Source: a virus
Virus record (IMG/VR): IMGVR_UViG_3300032240_002557
Location: 35,913-99,912 of that record
Strand: one strand, 5' to 3'
DNA: 64,000 nt
How positions within the stretch are numbered: position 1 is the first letter of the stretch; each line of letters begins with the position of its first letter. Both the position numbers and the translations under genes were made by a program. Positions 55,529 through 64,000 of this stretch are shown in pieces. Under the pieces are notes generated by a model that was given only the letters and a program-made list of their open reading frames with translations, ran no database searches and was not told the origin of the DNA.

Positions 55529-57193
55529 TTAAACTTTCTCTATAAGCAGATCTGAGAAATTGTTTCTCTTTTGAATCTCCATTTTATAATCAAAGATTTC
55601 AGTAGGCATAGGTGCGTGGTTAATTACAAAGACATTTAATCCTAGATCATCACATATTTTTCTCAATGTGTTTAGGATCGTGTATACGCCGTCAGGATCT
55701 ACAGAACTAAATATTTCATCCAGGAAAAGCAAGTTTATAGAACTAAATCTTATCTTCATTAGCTTAATAACAGAAAGTAAAACTGCAAAATCTACTTTTT
55801 TCATCTCTCCGGTACTCAATGTTGATATAGATATTTCCTCTCCCATGTGGATAACAGATGCATTAAAATCCTCATCAAAAGTAACAGTGTATGAAAGATG
55901 GAGTGAATTCATCAATTCAGCAATATTGTTATTAAGTGAGGGGAGAATAGTTTTTAAAGCTAATTGTTTAATTCCCTTATCTCCTAGAATATCTTCTATT
56001 TTCTTAACCCATTCGTTCTTTCTGTCCTCTTTAGCCCTATCGTCAGTGTACTCTTGGATTGCAGTTCTTGTGTCTTCCGCTAATTTGCTCAAAGAAGATA
56101 ATCCGCTTGCTGCTGTATTTGATTTTAATTTCTTAAGTTCTTCTTTAGCTGAATTTATGTTTACCGTGATCTTATTTCCCTTTGTTGAAATATCTGCTTT
56201 CTGTGCTTTTAACTCTCCTTCTTGATTTGTTGCATTATCGTAATTCTCCTGAGCTTGTTTTATTTGCCCATCAAATTCACCTATCTGCTTAAATAATTCG
56301 TCCTTTACCCCTTGATGAAAAGCCCCAGACAAATCACCTGAGCAAGTAGGACATTTATCCTGTTCGTATAATCTTAATTTCTGTTCAATGGATCTTTTGG
56401 ATTCTTTTGCAGAAGTAAGTAATCGATATGAATTTCTAACTTCTTGAATTACGTCAGATTCAAGTGCACTAAATTCTTTTGCTTTCTTATTATGTAGTTC
56501 CATTAAGGAAGAAAACTTGGATATTTTATCTTCTATCTCTGATATCTTTTCCTTCGAATCCTCTTTTATTTTTTCTGATAAGGATTCGAGTTCTTCTTGT
56601 GTTCTTGTTAATGTTTTTCCGAGAGCTGAAATCTCACCATTTAATCTAATTAGATTCTCTTTAATTGCTTTGGATTCTTCTTTTAATAAATCTCTCATTT
56701 CATTAATGACGTAAAATCCAAATATTTTATCTATGATAGATTTCTTATCAGCAGGTGTCATTTTAAGAAAACTCTTAAAATCGTTAATCGAAAGAGAAAT
56801 TGTATTATTGAATACGTAATTAGGTATTTGTATAATATCATCTGTTAGATAATCTTGAACAGATCTTGCACCTGCTTTATCATAAAGTGATCCACCAACA
56901 TAGAGATTAAAGACAGAAGGGTCTAATCCTCTTTCAACAGAATATTCTTCACCGTTTGAGATAAATGTTATTTTAACCCAAGCATTTCCGTTTATTCTAT
57001 TTGGAATATCCTTAAGTTTCTTCCCCTCTAATTTTCCATAAAGGCCAAAAGTTATAACATCTGAAATAGTCGATTTACCTGCTCCATTTTCTCCAACTAC
57101 TAAGTATAGCCCTGTTTCTTCGTTAAAAGAAAGTGTTTGAAGCTTATTGCCGTAAGAAGCAAAATTTCTCCACTCTATTTTAGTTAATTTCAT
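55529..57193 (-). CDS. gp46: Recombination ATPase (gp46/Rad50/SbcC-like)
   Basis: GENGAGKST, CPTC zinc hook, LSTGE, LFLDE. Confidence 0.93.
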   Translation of the reverse strand: MKLTKIEWRNFASYGNKLQTLSFNEETGLYLVVGENGAGKSTISDVITFGLYGKLEGKKLKDIPNRINGNAWVKITFISNGEEYSVERGLDPSVFNLYVGGSLYDKAGARSVQDYLTDDIIQIPNYVFNNTISLSINDFKSFLKMTPADKKSIIDKIFGFYVINEMRDLLKEESKAIKENLIRLNGEISALGKTLTRTQEELESLSEKIKEDSKEKISEIEDKISKFSSLMELHNKKAKEFSALESDVIQEVRNSYRLLTSAKESKRSIEQKLRLYEQDKCPTCSGDLSGAFHQGVKDELFKQIGEFDGQIKQAQENYDNATNQEGELKAQKADISTKGNKITVNINSAKEELKKLKSNTAASGLSSLSKLAEDTRTAIQEYTDDRAKEDRKNEWVKKIEDILGDKGIKQLALKTILPSLNNNIAELMNSLHLSYTVTFDEDFNASVIHMGEEISISTLSTGEMKKVDFAVLLSVIKLMKIRFSSINLLFLDEIFSSVDPDGVYTILNTLRKICDDLGLNVFVINHAPMPTEIFDYKMEIQKRNNFSDLLIEKV

Positions 57194-58284
57194 TCTTGTG
57201 AATCTTTATCTGTTGTTCTTTTATAAAGTACCTTGATCGTCTTTTTCATTTTATCCTTCACCTCGTCAGGTTCATCTAGCGTTTCGATGTATTCGTCTGC
57301 AAAATCTAGAATTGAAAAGTTTCTACCATCAAGATTAAATAGTGTTTCGTCTACACTCTCGCTCTGTCTATTATCAGTTATCGGCGTAAAGGTTGTTTTA
57401 AGCTGCGTAGCTACCATTTCAGTTAATATCCCTAATGAAGCTTTGACAGCAAGTTTAGGATCGATTAAAACATCTACAAAGTTGTTTCTAAATAGATCCT
57501 CTAATTCGTTAGGTGTTTTTTCCAGAACTGAATCAAATCCTATTCTAATAAACTTAGGTGAGAAATCATTATCGAAAAGAATCTCTTCTTCCGATTCAAG
57601 ATCCAAAAGGAGTATAGCTTTTCTATTATCCATATCTGATCTTGTCAATTGATACGGGGAACCTAACATTCTTACCTTTCCAAAATTTTGAGAATAGTGA
57701 ATATGTCCAGAATAGACTCTTTTAAAGTTTTCTAGTTTATTGTATCCTATGCCATCCTCGATCTTAGTAAATTTATTAAAGCTTAATCCTCTAATATCGG
57801 TGTGACAAAATAAATAATCATGTTCTGGGATTTCAGAAAGTAGTTCAGCAGCTGCTTCTTCGTTAGTTCTCCACGGCATTAAGAAAGCTTTTCTTTCACC
57901 AAATTGAATACTGATTGGCTCCTCGTAAACTTTTATGCCCGGAATAAATTTTAAAGAAGTTAATGAATTGATATCATTGGATTCTTTAGAATAACAATCA
58001 TGATTGCCTGCAATGATAAAAATACCATCTTTAAAAATTGTTGATAATTCACCAAAAATCTCTACGCAAAGATTTAGAACTTTTAAATTTATACTTTGCC
58101 TTGAATCGTAAACATCACCAAGATGAACCAGGACATCCCCTGGTTTATATTCTTTTTTAACTAGCGGAATAAACCATTCGAAAAAATACTTTCTCATTAT
58201 CTGTATCCACTCTTCTGAACTGTTTCTGACACCTAAATGCGTGTCAGTAATCATCCATAATCTTTTTGCGTTTGGTAAATTCAT
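57190..58284 (-). CDS. gp47: Recombination nuclease (gp47/Mre11/SbcD-like)
   Basis: TDTHLG, LGDVYD, GNHD, SGHIH. Confidence 0.93.
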   Translation of the reverse strand: MNLPNAKRLWMITDTHLGVRNSSEEWIQIMRKYFFEWFIPLVKKEYKPGDVLVHLGDVYDSRQSINLKVLNLCVEIFGELSTIFKDGIFIIAGNHDCYSKESNDINSLTSLKFIPGIKVYEEPISIQFGERKAFLMPWRTNEEAAAELLSEIPEHDYLFCHTDIRGLSFNKFTKIEDGIGYNKLENFKRVYSGHIHYSQNFGKVRMLGSPYQLTRSDMDNRKAILLLDLESEEEILFDNDFSPKFIRIGFDSVLEKTPNELEDLFRNNFVDVLIDPKLAVKASLGILTEMVATQLKTTFTPITDNRQSESVDETLFNLDGRNFSILDFADEYIETLDEPDEVKDKMKKTIKVLYKRTTDKDSQE

Positions 58285-58285
58285 C

Positions 58286-58744
58286 CTAGAATATTTTCTT
58301 GATTTTCTTTTTAGAAACTATACCAAATTTTTGGTCCATTTCATTAACTATTGTTTCCTTATATTTCATATGAATTAATTCATACGCTTTTAAATAACCT
58401 ACATTCATAAAATCACAAATCGAAACAAACTTTTCAACCATTGTGAATTCAGTTCCGTCCATTTCTTCCAAAAGATCTTGAAAAAGAAAGGGTATAAGAT
58501 CCTTCGGTATTTTTTTGTTTGGACCTAATGCACACCAACGGGATCTATGAAAGATGTCATACACTAAAGAATTAAGAGCTGAAAGGTGCCTGTAATTTTC
58601 ATCGTCTTCATCTTTAGATGCTTTGAATGATCTATAATCTCTTGTAGTATCTTCAATTTGCAAATATTCTTCGTGTATTGGGGTTACTTCTTCGGTGGTA
58701 GATTCGTCTTTAACTTCCTCCTCGATCAATTTCTTTTGTTTCAT
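58286..58744 (-). CDS. Hypothetical protein
   Basis: 152-aa ORF coupled to the helicase stop. Confidence 0.55.
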   Translation of the reverse strand: MKQKKLIEEEVKDESTTEEVTPIHEEYLQIEDTTRDYRSFKASKDEDDENYRHLSALNSLVYDIFHRSRWCALGPNKKIPKDLIPFLFQDLLEEMDGTEFTMVEKFVSICDFMNVGYLKAYELIHMKYKETIVNEMDQKFGIVSKKKIKKIF

Positions 58745-60048
58745 TAATTTTCATTCATTATTTGGGAGTTGGGATCTTCTGCGATCCTCATATAACTATA
58801 ATCAACTGTGAATTTTTTATAAGAATTTTTATATCCTTCGTCTCTGTTTGCTAATACCTTTAATTTGTATTCGTTGTTGGTATACATTAAAGGATCCTGA
58901 ATAATACCAAACATACCATCAACTGTTGCTACTAGACCGGAAGATTCTGATGCTGAGTTCATCGAAAGATCTGTTGCATCAAATTCGGATTGTTTAGTCT
59001 GTGTTGCTGTGACGATAGCCCACTGGTTTCTTTGTCCCATTGCTCTTAGATCCTCTGCAATCTGCTTGATCTTCATGTAAGTGTTTTCACTGTTTGGATT
59101 TCTCCAGTTCTTCATGATATTAATATAGTCAATAACAACTATTTTAAATTTCATCCCTTTTACTTCCTCTGTCTTTCTTAACCATTTTTCGACATCAAGA
59201 ACTGAAGCCTGACTAGTACCAAATTCTTTAATGAAAAGCTGACCTGGTGTTGATAGGTTATCGAATGCTAAATTTCTAATCTTCTTCTTTATTATCTCTC
59301 CGTCTTCAGTAGCATTGTTATACTCCGACATTTTAATTCCAAGAAGATTGGCACCTACCCTTTTCATATATTTTCTATCACCAAGCTCTAATGTGATGAT
59401 AGCAACATTGTTAGATGCTCTAATTGCTTGTGCTGCTATATTTCCTAGCCATAATGTTTTACCAACTTTAGGTTGTCCAAGAAATACGTAAAGATTTTTT
59501 GCTGAAAATCCACCACCTAATACAAGATCTATGAAATCATACCCCGAAGAGAAAGTACTAGATTTAGGTTGCTTATGATTGTCTGGATCTGTAAAATCTA
59601 AACCTAAATCAAAAGAGAAATCTAAGCTATTTCTTTCGTTGATTATAGTTTTAAATGTATTAACTACATCCTTAATATTTTCAGGGGTAACTTCTGTAGA
59701 TTTGATGTATGTAATAGAATCCATAGCGCTTTGCTCCAGATTCTTCCATTCGATCCAAGCCTCGGTATTTTCCCTTAGCCATTCAGGATCGTACTCATTT
59801 AATTTAATATCAAATATCGTTTCAACCTGTGCTACTGGTAGTTTATCCTCTAACTTAAGAATTTTAACTATCTCTTTAACTTGTTGAGCTGACGGTATTT
59901 GAGAATATTTTTTCCAGAAAGATTTTACGATTTTAAAAGCCTCCTGGTATCTCACATCCCTAAAGAATGAAGGTTTACCAGATTCAACGTAAATTGGATC
60001 TGAAACTATACTACAAAACCAAACATTCTCTAAATGCGTGTTATTCAT
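58744..60048 (-). CDS. gp41: Replicative helicase (gp41/DnaB-like)
   Basis: GQPKVGKT, ITLE, IDYINI, IAEDLR, TATQT, SES. Confidence 0.93.
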   Translation of the reverse strand: MNNTHLENVWFCSIVSDPIYVESGKPSFFRDVRYQEAFKIVKSFWKKYSQIPSAQQVKEIVKILKLEDKLPVAQVETIFDIKLNEYDPEWLRENTEAWIEWKNLEQSAMDSITYIKSTEVTPENIKDVVNTFKTIINERNSLDFSFDLGLDFTDPDNHKQPKSSTFSSGYDFIDLVLGGGFSAKNLYVFLGQPKVGKTLWLGNIAAQAIRASNNVAIITLELGDRKYMKRVGANLLGIKMSEYNNATEDGEIIKKKIRNLAFDNLSTPGQLFIKEFGTSQASVLDVEKWLRKTEEVKGMKFKIVVIDYINIMKNWRNPNSENTYMKIKQIAEDLRAMGQRNQWAIVTATQTKQSEFDATDLSMNSASESSGLVATVDGMFGIIQDPLMYTNNEYKLKVLANRDEGYKNSYKKFTVDYSYMRIAEDPNSQIMNEN

Positions 60049-60051
60049 ATT

Positions 60052-60345
60052 CTAATAATGGGGATTGTCTTTAATTTTATAAACTGAGGTTCCGTCTTTT
60101 TTAGTCTTTTGTTTCTCAAAAATCCCCTTTTCTATTAAGGATCTTACTGCTTCTCCGTGTTTTTTATCCTCCCATCCTACAGGAAAAAAAGAATTGAAGG
60201 TCTGCTCAGAGAATTCACCCCCGGGTCTCCCGTCTCTTACTAGATAACTATTCAATTCGAAGATTATATCTTCCTCACAAGGATAGGAAGGGAGTTCCTT
60301 CCATATTCCCATGTGATATTTCATTTTCAATTTATTCTTCTCCAT
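60052..60345 (-). CDS. Hypothetical protein, possibly winged-helix
   Basis: 97-aa ORF between uvsX and gp41. Confidence 0.5.
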   Translation of the reverse strand: MEKNKLKMKYHMGIWKELPSYPCEEDIIFELNSYLVRDGRPGGEFSEQTFNSFFPVGWEDKKHGEAVRSLIEKGIFEKQKTKKDGTSVYKIKDNPHY

Positions 60346-61513
60346 CTTCTTCTGTTTCTTCTTCCCCGTTAATTACTGCATCAAGCTCATTCATATCGAA
60401 TAAATCAGGTAATAAGAAGTGTGGCTTAATTGCTTTTTCATCTATTTTTCTTAAAACATCCTCTGTGAATACCTCTGGGGTGAATAATTGAGAAGAGAAA
60501 ATAGATTTACCTAAGTGAGCAATTGCCCATTTGGTGGAAGATGCACTTGCAGTGAATTCCAATTCACCAGTCTTTTTATCAACCTCTAATTTACCTCTTT
60601 CAATTCCGCAAGTTTCCCAAGAAACGAATTCTTCCAATCCTACGTATGGATTCATACCGTTGATAAATGAAATATGGAATTTAGTAGGATAAGGTCTAGT
60701 GAATCTTGTTTTCTTTGGTGTTGATGTAACAATAATACCTGTTTTCTTATCGTTGCTATCCTTAAGCTGAGCTTTAGATAGCATAATAACATTACTCATA
60801 GAGAAAATAGGTCCATCACCCCCGGAAGCTTCTTTAGTTGTCATAAAGCTTCCAATTCCTGCTGTGGTTGTGTGATTAGTACAGATTAAAGGAATTCTAA
60901 CACCAGTTAAATCTAATGTGATTTCTCTAAATAAACCTCTCATTTCCTTAGATCTAATACCCATATCCATTACCGTTTTACCTTTTAAGGCATCAGCAGA
61001 CTCTTTCATAGTTGTAAGCATACCTAAAGAATCCAGAACTAATAAGATCTTAGGATCTGCTCCTTCTTTTCTAGCTTTCTTGATCTGGTCAACCAAATTA
61101 GCAACAAATATTTTAAAATCAGAAATAGATTTAATTGGCTGATATCTAACAGTATTTGTGTCTATACCGAATTTTTTTGCCATTGTTCTATCAATAGCTC
61201 CTTCAGTATCACAATAGATAACGTTGTATCCTTGTTTTTGTGATTCTCTCACTATATTCATACAAAGAAAGCTCTTTCCTGTTTGTGGATCACCTGCTAT
61301 TCCCATCGATCTATTATTAGCTACACCTCCAAAAAGACTTCCTGAAAGCTGTGCATTTAAAACATAATTACCAGTCCCGATCCAGTCAGTAACCTCTGAA
61401 AATTCGTTTTCTTCTAAAATTGATCCTGCCTCAAATCCTTCAATCTTTGAAAGTTGTTTGTCTAAATCTAAAAATGAGAATTCTTTTTTACTAGTTGATT
61501 TTTCCTTAGCCAT
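60332..61513 (-). CDS. uvsX: RecA-like recombinase
   Basis: LNAQLSG, GDPQTGKS, DTE, LDSLG, TNH, acidic tail. Confidence 0.92.
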   Translation of the reverse strand: MAKEKSTSKKEFSFLDLDKQLSKIEGFEAGSILEENEFSEVTDWIGTGNYVLNAQLSGSLFGGVANNRSMGIAGDPQTGKSFLCMNIVRESQKQGYNVIYCDTEGAIDRTMAKKFGIDTNTVRYQPIKSISDFKIFVANLVDQIKKARKEGADPKILLVLDSLGMLTTMKESADALKGKTVMDMGIRSKEMRGLFREITLDLTGVRIPLICTNHTTTAGIGSFMTTKEASGGDGPIFSMSNVIMLSKAQLKDSNDKKTGIIVTSTPKKTRFTRPYPTKFHISFINGMNPYVGLEEFVSWETCGIERGKLEVDKKTGELEFTASASSTKWAIAHLGKSIFSSQLFTPEVFTEDVLRKIDEKAIKPHFLLPDLFDMNELDAVINGEEETEEDGEE

Positions 61514-61533
61514 AATTCATTAATTATTTGATT

Positions 61534-61561
61534 ATTATAGACTACAGTTAGATTAGATTTC
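61534..61561 (-). promoter_or_regulatory. Middle-type promoter GAAAT-N17-TATAAT
   Basis: Upstream of the uvsX-gp41-gp47-gp46 operon. Confidence 0.65.
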
Positions 61562-61594
61562 CGATTTTTAGTAGTCATTTTGCATTAACCCCAC

Positions 61595-61622
61595 AAAAAA
61601 AGCAGGTTTAAACCTGCTTTTA
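61595..61622 (-). terminator. Intrinsic terminator (palindromic)
   Basis: AAAAGCAGGTTTAAACCTGCTTTTTTT. Confidence 0.85.
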
Positions 61623-61639
61623 TAAATTAATAGACTTAA

Positions 61640-61846
61640 TTATTTAACTTCTTCAGTTTTTCCTTCCTTTAAAGGTGCAGATGTTGTTACACTATCCGCT
61701 GGGATTTGAGCAGTTGTTGAATCTGTAGCTGATACTGCAGATGAATCAACTTGAGCAGCTGTTGAATCTGTTGTTGTTTCTTTTGTAGATCCGTTTCCGC
61801 ATGATGTTAATGCTAAAACTGATAAAATAACGAATACTTTTTTCAT
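61640..61846 (-). CDS. Small lipoprotein, Ser/Thr/Ala/Asp-rich
   Basis: MKK, hydrophobic core and LTSC lipobox; repeated DST/DSS/DSV. Confidence 0.8.
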   Translation of the reverse strand: MKKVFVILSVLALTSCGNGSTKETTTDSTAAQVDSSAVSATDSTTAQIPADSVTTSAPLKEGKTEEVK

Positions 61847-61870
61847 ACTTGTTTTTTTTTTAATTTAGGT

Positions 61871-61899
61871 ATTATATCTCGATTTCCTCGATTTGTTTC
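61871..61899 (-). promoter_or_regulatory. Middle-type promoter GAAAC-N18-TATAAT
   Basis: Upstream of the lipoprotein gene. Confidence 0.65.
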
Positions 61900-62353
61900 A
61901 TCTGCAAAGTTCATTAGCAACGCTAATTGCTATAAGTGTTTCTGGTTTTATTGCATAGTTATAACCTAAGCTTTCCATATAACCAATAGCGGTCTTTACA
62001 ATCATATTAGATTTGTGTTTCGGATTATTGTTATAATCTAAATCTATTTGATGTATGTTAATACCGCCTTCTATCCTAAGGTAACCCGCTATATCTATGG
62101 ATCTTTGTAATTCACCCCAGAGTTTAGTCCACATATCCTTAACTTTAGGAACTGTTTCTTTTCTGTAAATAACATGTGCACCCCTTTTATCATACCTGAA
62201 TACCACTGTTGTAACGTAATTGGTCTTAGTCGAATAGCTTTGGCTGTCACAACCGACGTGGATTTTAGTTTCAGGATATTTTTCCAAAATTATTTTCACG
62301 TAGCTTAAAAGGTCCACAGTCTCGTCTGTGCCTATTTTTTTAAAAATCCTCAT
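61898..62353 (-). CDS. YkuK/DUF458-family RNase H-like protein
   Basis: IHVGCDSQ, GAHVIY, KLWGE, IDLDYN. Confidence 0.75.
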   Translation of the reverse strand: MRIFKKIGTDETVDLLSYVKIILEKYPETKIHVGCDSQSYSTKTNYVTTVVFRYDKRGAHVIYRKETVPKVKDMWTKLWGELQRSIDIAGYLRIEGGINIHQIDLDYNNNPKHKSNMIVKTAIGYMESLGYNYAIKPETLIAISVANELCR

Positions 62354-62625
62354 TATGCTTTTCTGATAAACTCTTTGCTAAGAAAATTTCCATCAACAAA
62401 ATAGATAGATTCGTCTAATGGTTTTTTAAGCAAAAAAGTGGCATCGCTAACTTGACCAATTAAAGAAAATTCTTCGTCCTCTTTAATAAAGATCGATCCT
62501 ATAGCATTGGCTTTATAATCCCATTTAGAGAAAAACTTAGTTGCATTTCTTTCATAGTACTTTTGATAGTAATCTAAAAGTTCTTTACTAATGTTCTTAA
62601 CTTTTCTAAAATCTCTATTAATCAT
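62353..62625 (-). CDS. Hypothetical protein
   Basis: 90-aa ORF coupled to the next gene. Confidence 0.5.
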   Translation of the reverse strand: MINRDFRKVKNISKELLDYYQKYYERNATKFFSKWDYKANAIGSIFIKEDEEFSLIGQVSDATFLLKKPLDESIYFVDGNFLSKEFIRKA

Positions 62626-62640
62626 AGTTTTTATTTAAAT

Positions 62641-62678
62641 GTTATACAATAAAAAAGCCCCGGGTTTCCGAGGCTTTT
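62641..62678 (-). terminator. Intrinsic terminator overlapping a middle-type promoter GAAAC-N17-TATAAC
   Basis: AAAAGCCTCGG-AAAC-CCGGGGCTTTTTT; the GAAAC box forms the loop. Confidence 0.75.
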
Positions 62679-62703
62679 AAGATATTATTAAAAATATTTC
62701 TTT

Positions 62704-63078
62704 TTAGTCCTTGTATTTGTAATAATTGTAAACTTCCTCTACATCATCTGCTGATGTTGTGATATGATCAACTGCCCATGGTTCAACCTCACTTCCTTGG
62801 CTAATCAATCCGATAAGCTGATTTGCTTGATCTGCTATTTTCTTTAGATTAGTTATTACCATGTATGGTTTAAAGTTCCCTGAATGTGCTGGTGCTTCTG
62901 CAGGAGCTGGTGTTTCTTCCATGTCCATTGTATCATCAGCTGGTTCTTCCTCCATGCCTAATTGATCAACTGCTGCTGCATCTGCTGGATCCATCTCCAT
63001 ATTATCAACCTCTGGTTGTTCTTGTACTTTGGCTTTAGCTTCTTTTTTATAAGCTTCCATTGGTTTTAAGTTCTGCAT
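62704..63078 (-). CDS. Hypothetical acidic late protein
   Basis: AATATATA at 63105-63112; EPWAVDHITTSADDVEEV. Confidence 0.55.
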   Translation of the reverse strand: MQNLKPMEAYKKEAKAKVQEQPEVDNMEMDPADAAAVDQLGMEEEPADDTMDMEETPAPAEAPAHSGNFKPYMVITNLKKIADQANQLIGLISQGSEVEPWAVDHITTSADDVEEVYNYYKYKD

Positions 63079-63144
63079 AGTAATTTTTTATATTTCTTAC
63101 GCCTTATATATTCCTTCTGCTTATAAATTCCACCAAAAATCGGG

Positions 63145-63390
63145 CTATCTTTTGTATTTTTTTAAAATATTGTAAAGAAATGCACATTTTTCATATTCCT
63201 CCAGATCCTGGAAGAACTGAAGCATCTCCTCTACATTCTCTACCATACCTTCCATTACCATCACTCTATCTAAATTTATATCCTGAAGCTCCTCGTAAAT
63301 GCTATTATAGGAAAGACTAAGACCTTTCTGAATTGCATCGTCTATTCTAGCCTCGTCCGTTATTTTTTTGATGTCATTATCTTCGTCCAT
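63145..63390 (-). CDS. Hypothetical early protein with a UVR-like EEYEKCA motif
   Basis: 81-aa ORF behind an early promoter. Confidence 0.55.
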   Translation of the reverse strand: MDEDNDIKKITDEARIDDAIQKGLSLSYNSIYEELQDINLDRVMVMEGMVENVEEMLQFFQDLEEYEKCAFLYNILKKYKR

Positions 63391-63409
63391 ATCTTATTTT
63401 TTTACAATA

Positions 63410-63444
63410 CAAATATATGGATATTCCCCGCTAATAAAAAATGC
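63410..63444 (-). promoter_or_regulatory. Early promoter GCATTTT-N20-TATATTTG
   Basis: Fourth copy, directly after a terminator. Confidence 0.75.
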
Positions 63445-63448
63445 AAAC

Positions 63449-63472
63449 AAAAAACCCACCAGTAAGGTGGGT
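63449..63472 (-). terminator. Intrinsic terminator
   Basis: ACCCACC-TTACT-GGTGGGT-TTTTT. Confidence 0.8.
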
Positions 63473-63495
63473 CTTTCGCCACGAGTTAAAACAAT

Positions 63496-63999
63496 TTAGA
63501 ATTTATTACCACAGGTTGGACAAAATTTCCAATCTTGCTTATTTCTGGTACCGCATTCTGTGCAGTATGATCTGATTTCCTTAGCTTCTATATTCTTCTG
63601 AGCGATTGGAAGGATTTGATACTCGACCACATTCGAAGGATATGAATTGAAATTACCTTGGCCATTTTGAAAATCTTGATCCGATTTAGGCCCATGCTCT
63701 ACCCTTCCTGTTTCCATCGAGGTTGATCTTTTATTTGTAAGATCCAATGATCCACCTACTGAGGATGTATAAGTAGAAGAATTGGTATTGAAAACACTAT
63801 TTGTAGTAATACTGGAAGATCCTGTAAGATTGTGGTTATAGAATGTTCCTGTATTAGACCATAGATTAGGAGTAGTGTATGTAATTGTACTACCCGAATA
63901 AATTGATGGGGAGTACTCATCATAAAAATCGATCTTTACTAAACCGTTATTCTCTATTGCTTCTTTAGCTTCCCTCGAATTGTTTACTTTATAGGTAGA
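63496..63999 (-). CDS. 3' part of a zinc-ribbon protein; start lies outside the window
   Basis: Frame open to the window edge (STYKVNNSREAKEAIENNG...); ends YCTECG..WKFCPTCG. Confidence 0.7.
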   Translation of the reverse strand, partial: STYKVNNSREAKEAIENNGLVKIDFYDEYSPSIYSGSTITYTTPNLWSNTGTFYNHNLTGSSSITTNSVFNTNSSTYTSSVGGSLDLTNKRSTSMETGRVEHGPKSDQDFQNGQGNFNSYPSNVVEYQILPIAQKNIEAKEIRSYCTECGTRNKQDWKFCPTCGNKF

Positions 64000-64000
64000 G

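Noticed and set aside
49581-61513. Inteins, introns or homing endonucleases in terminase, helicase or uvsX
   Set aside because: Lengths are ordinary and no splice or LAGLIDADG/HNH motifs were seen
1-64000. Stop-codon reassignment (TAG or TGA), as in some large Bacteroidota phages
   Set aside because: Core genes are full length in code 11, and TAG and TGA both end genes at expected positions
1-64000. tRNA, rRNA or large ncRNA genes
   Set aside because: Intergenic gaps are under ~130 nt and are explained by promoters and terminators; no cloverleaf was seen by eye and a covariance search was not run

Overview
This AT-rich window is a slice of a jumbo T4-like myophage genome in the standard genetic code. 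Every gene is on the minus strand except the first two. It holds a head module (gp23-like capsid, gp21 protease-scaffold fusion, two tandem gp20-like portals, gp17 terminase, gp2, gp4, gp14/gp15-like) and a tail module (1132-aa gp18 sheath, two tandem gp19 tubes, a gp26/gp51-like pair, Gly-X-X fibres). It also holds replication and repair genes (gp41, UvsX, gp46/47, gp44/62, ligase, RNase H, NEIL1-like glycosylase, degenerate UvsE), nucleotide enzymes, a RimK-protease fusion and two phage sigma factors. Main result: three promoter classes can be read from the DNA and appear wired as a cascade. A Bacteroidota-type early promoter (CATTTT-N20-TATATTTG, 4 copies) precedes an ECF sigma. A GAAAC-N16-18-TATAAT-like promoter (8 copies) precedes a gp55-like sigma. 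RATA(T/G)ATA (21 copies) precedes structural genes. Other highlights: two candidate programmed frameshifts, a scaffold gene nested in the protease gene with its own promoter, repeated duplication of structural genes, and capsid-targeted cargo proteins. All homology calls come from motifs recognised by eye; no database search was run.
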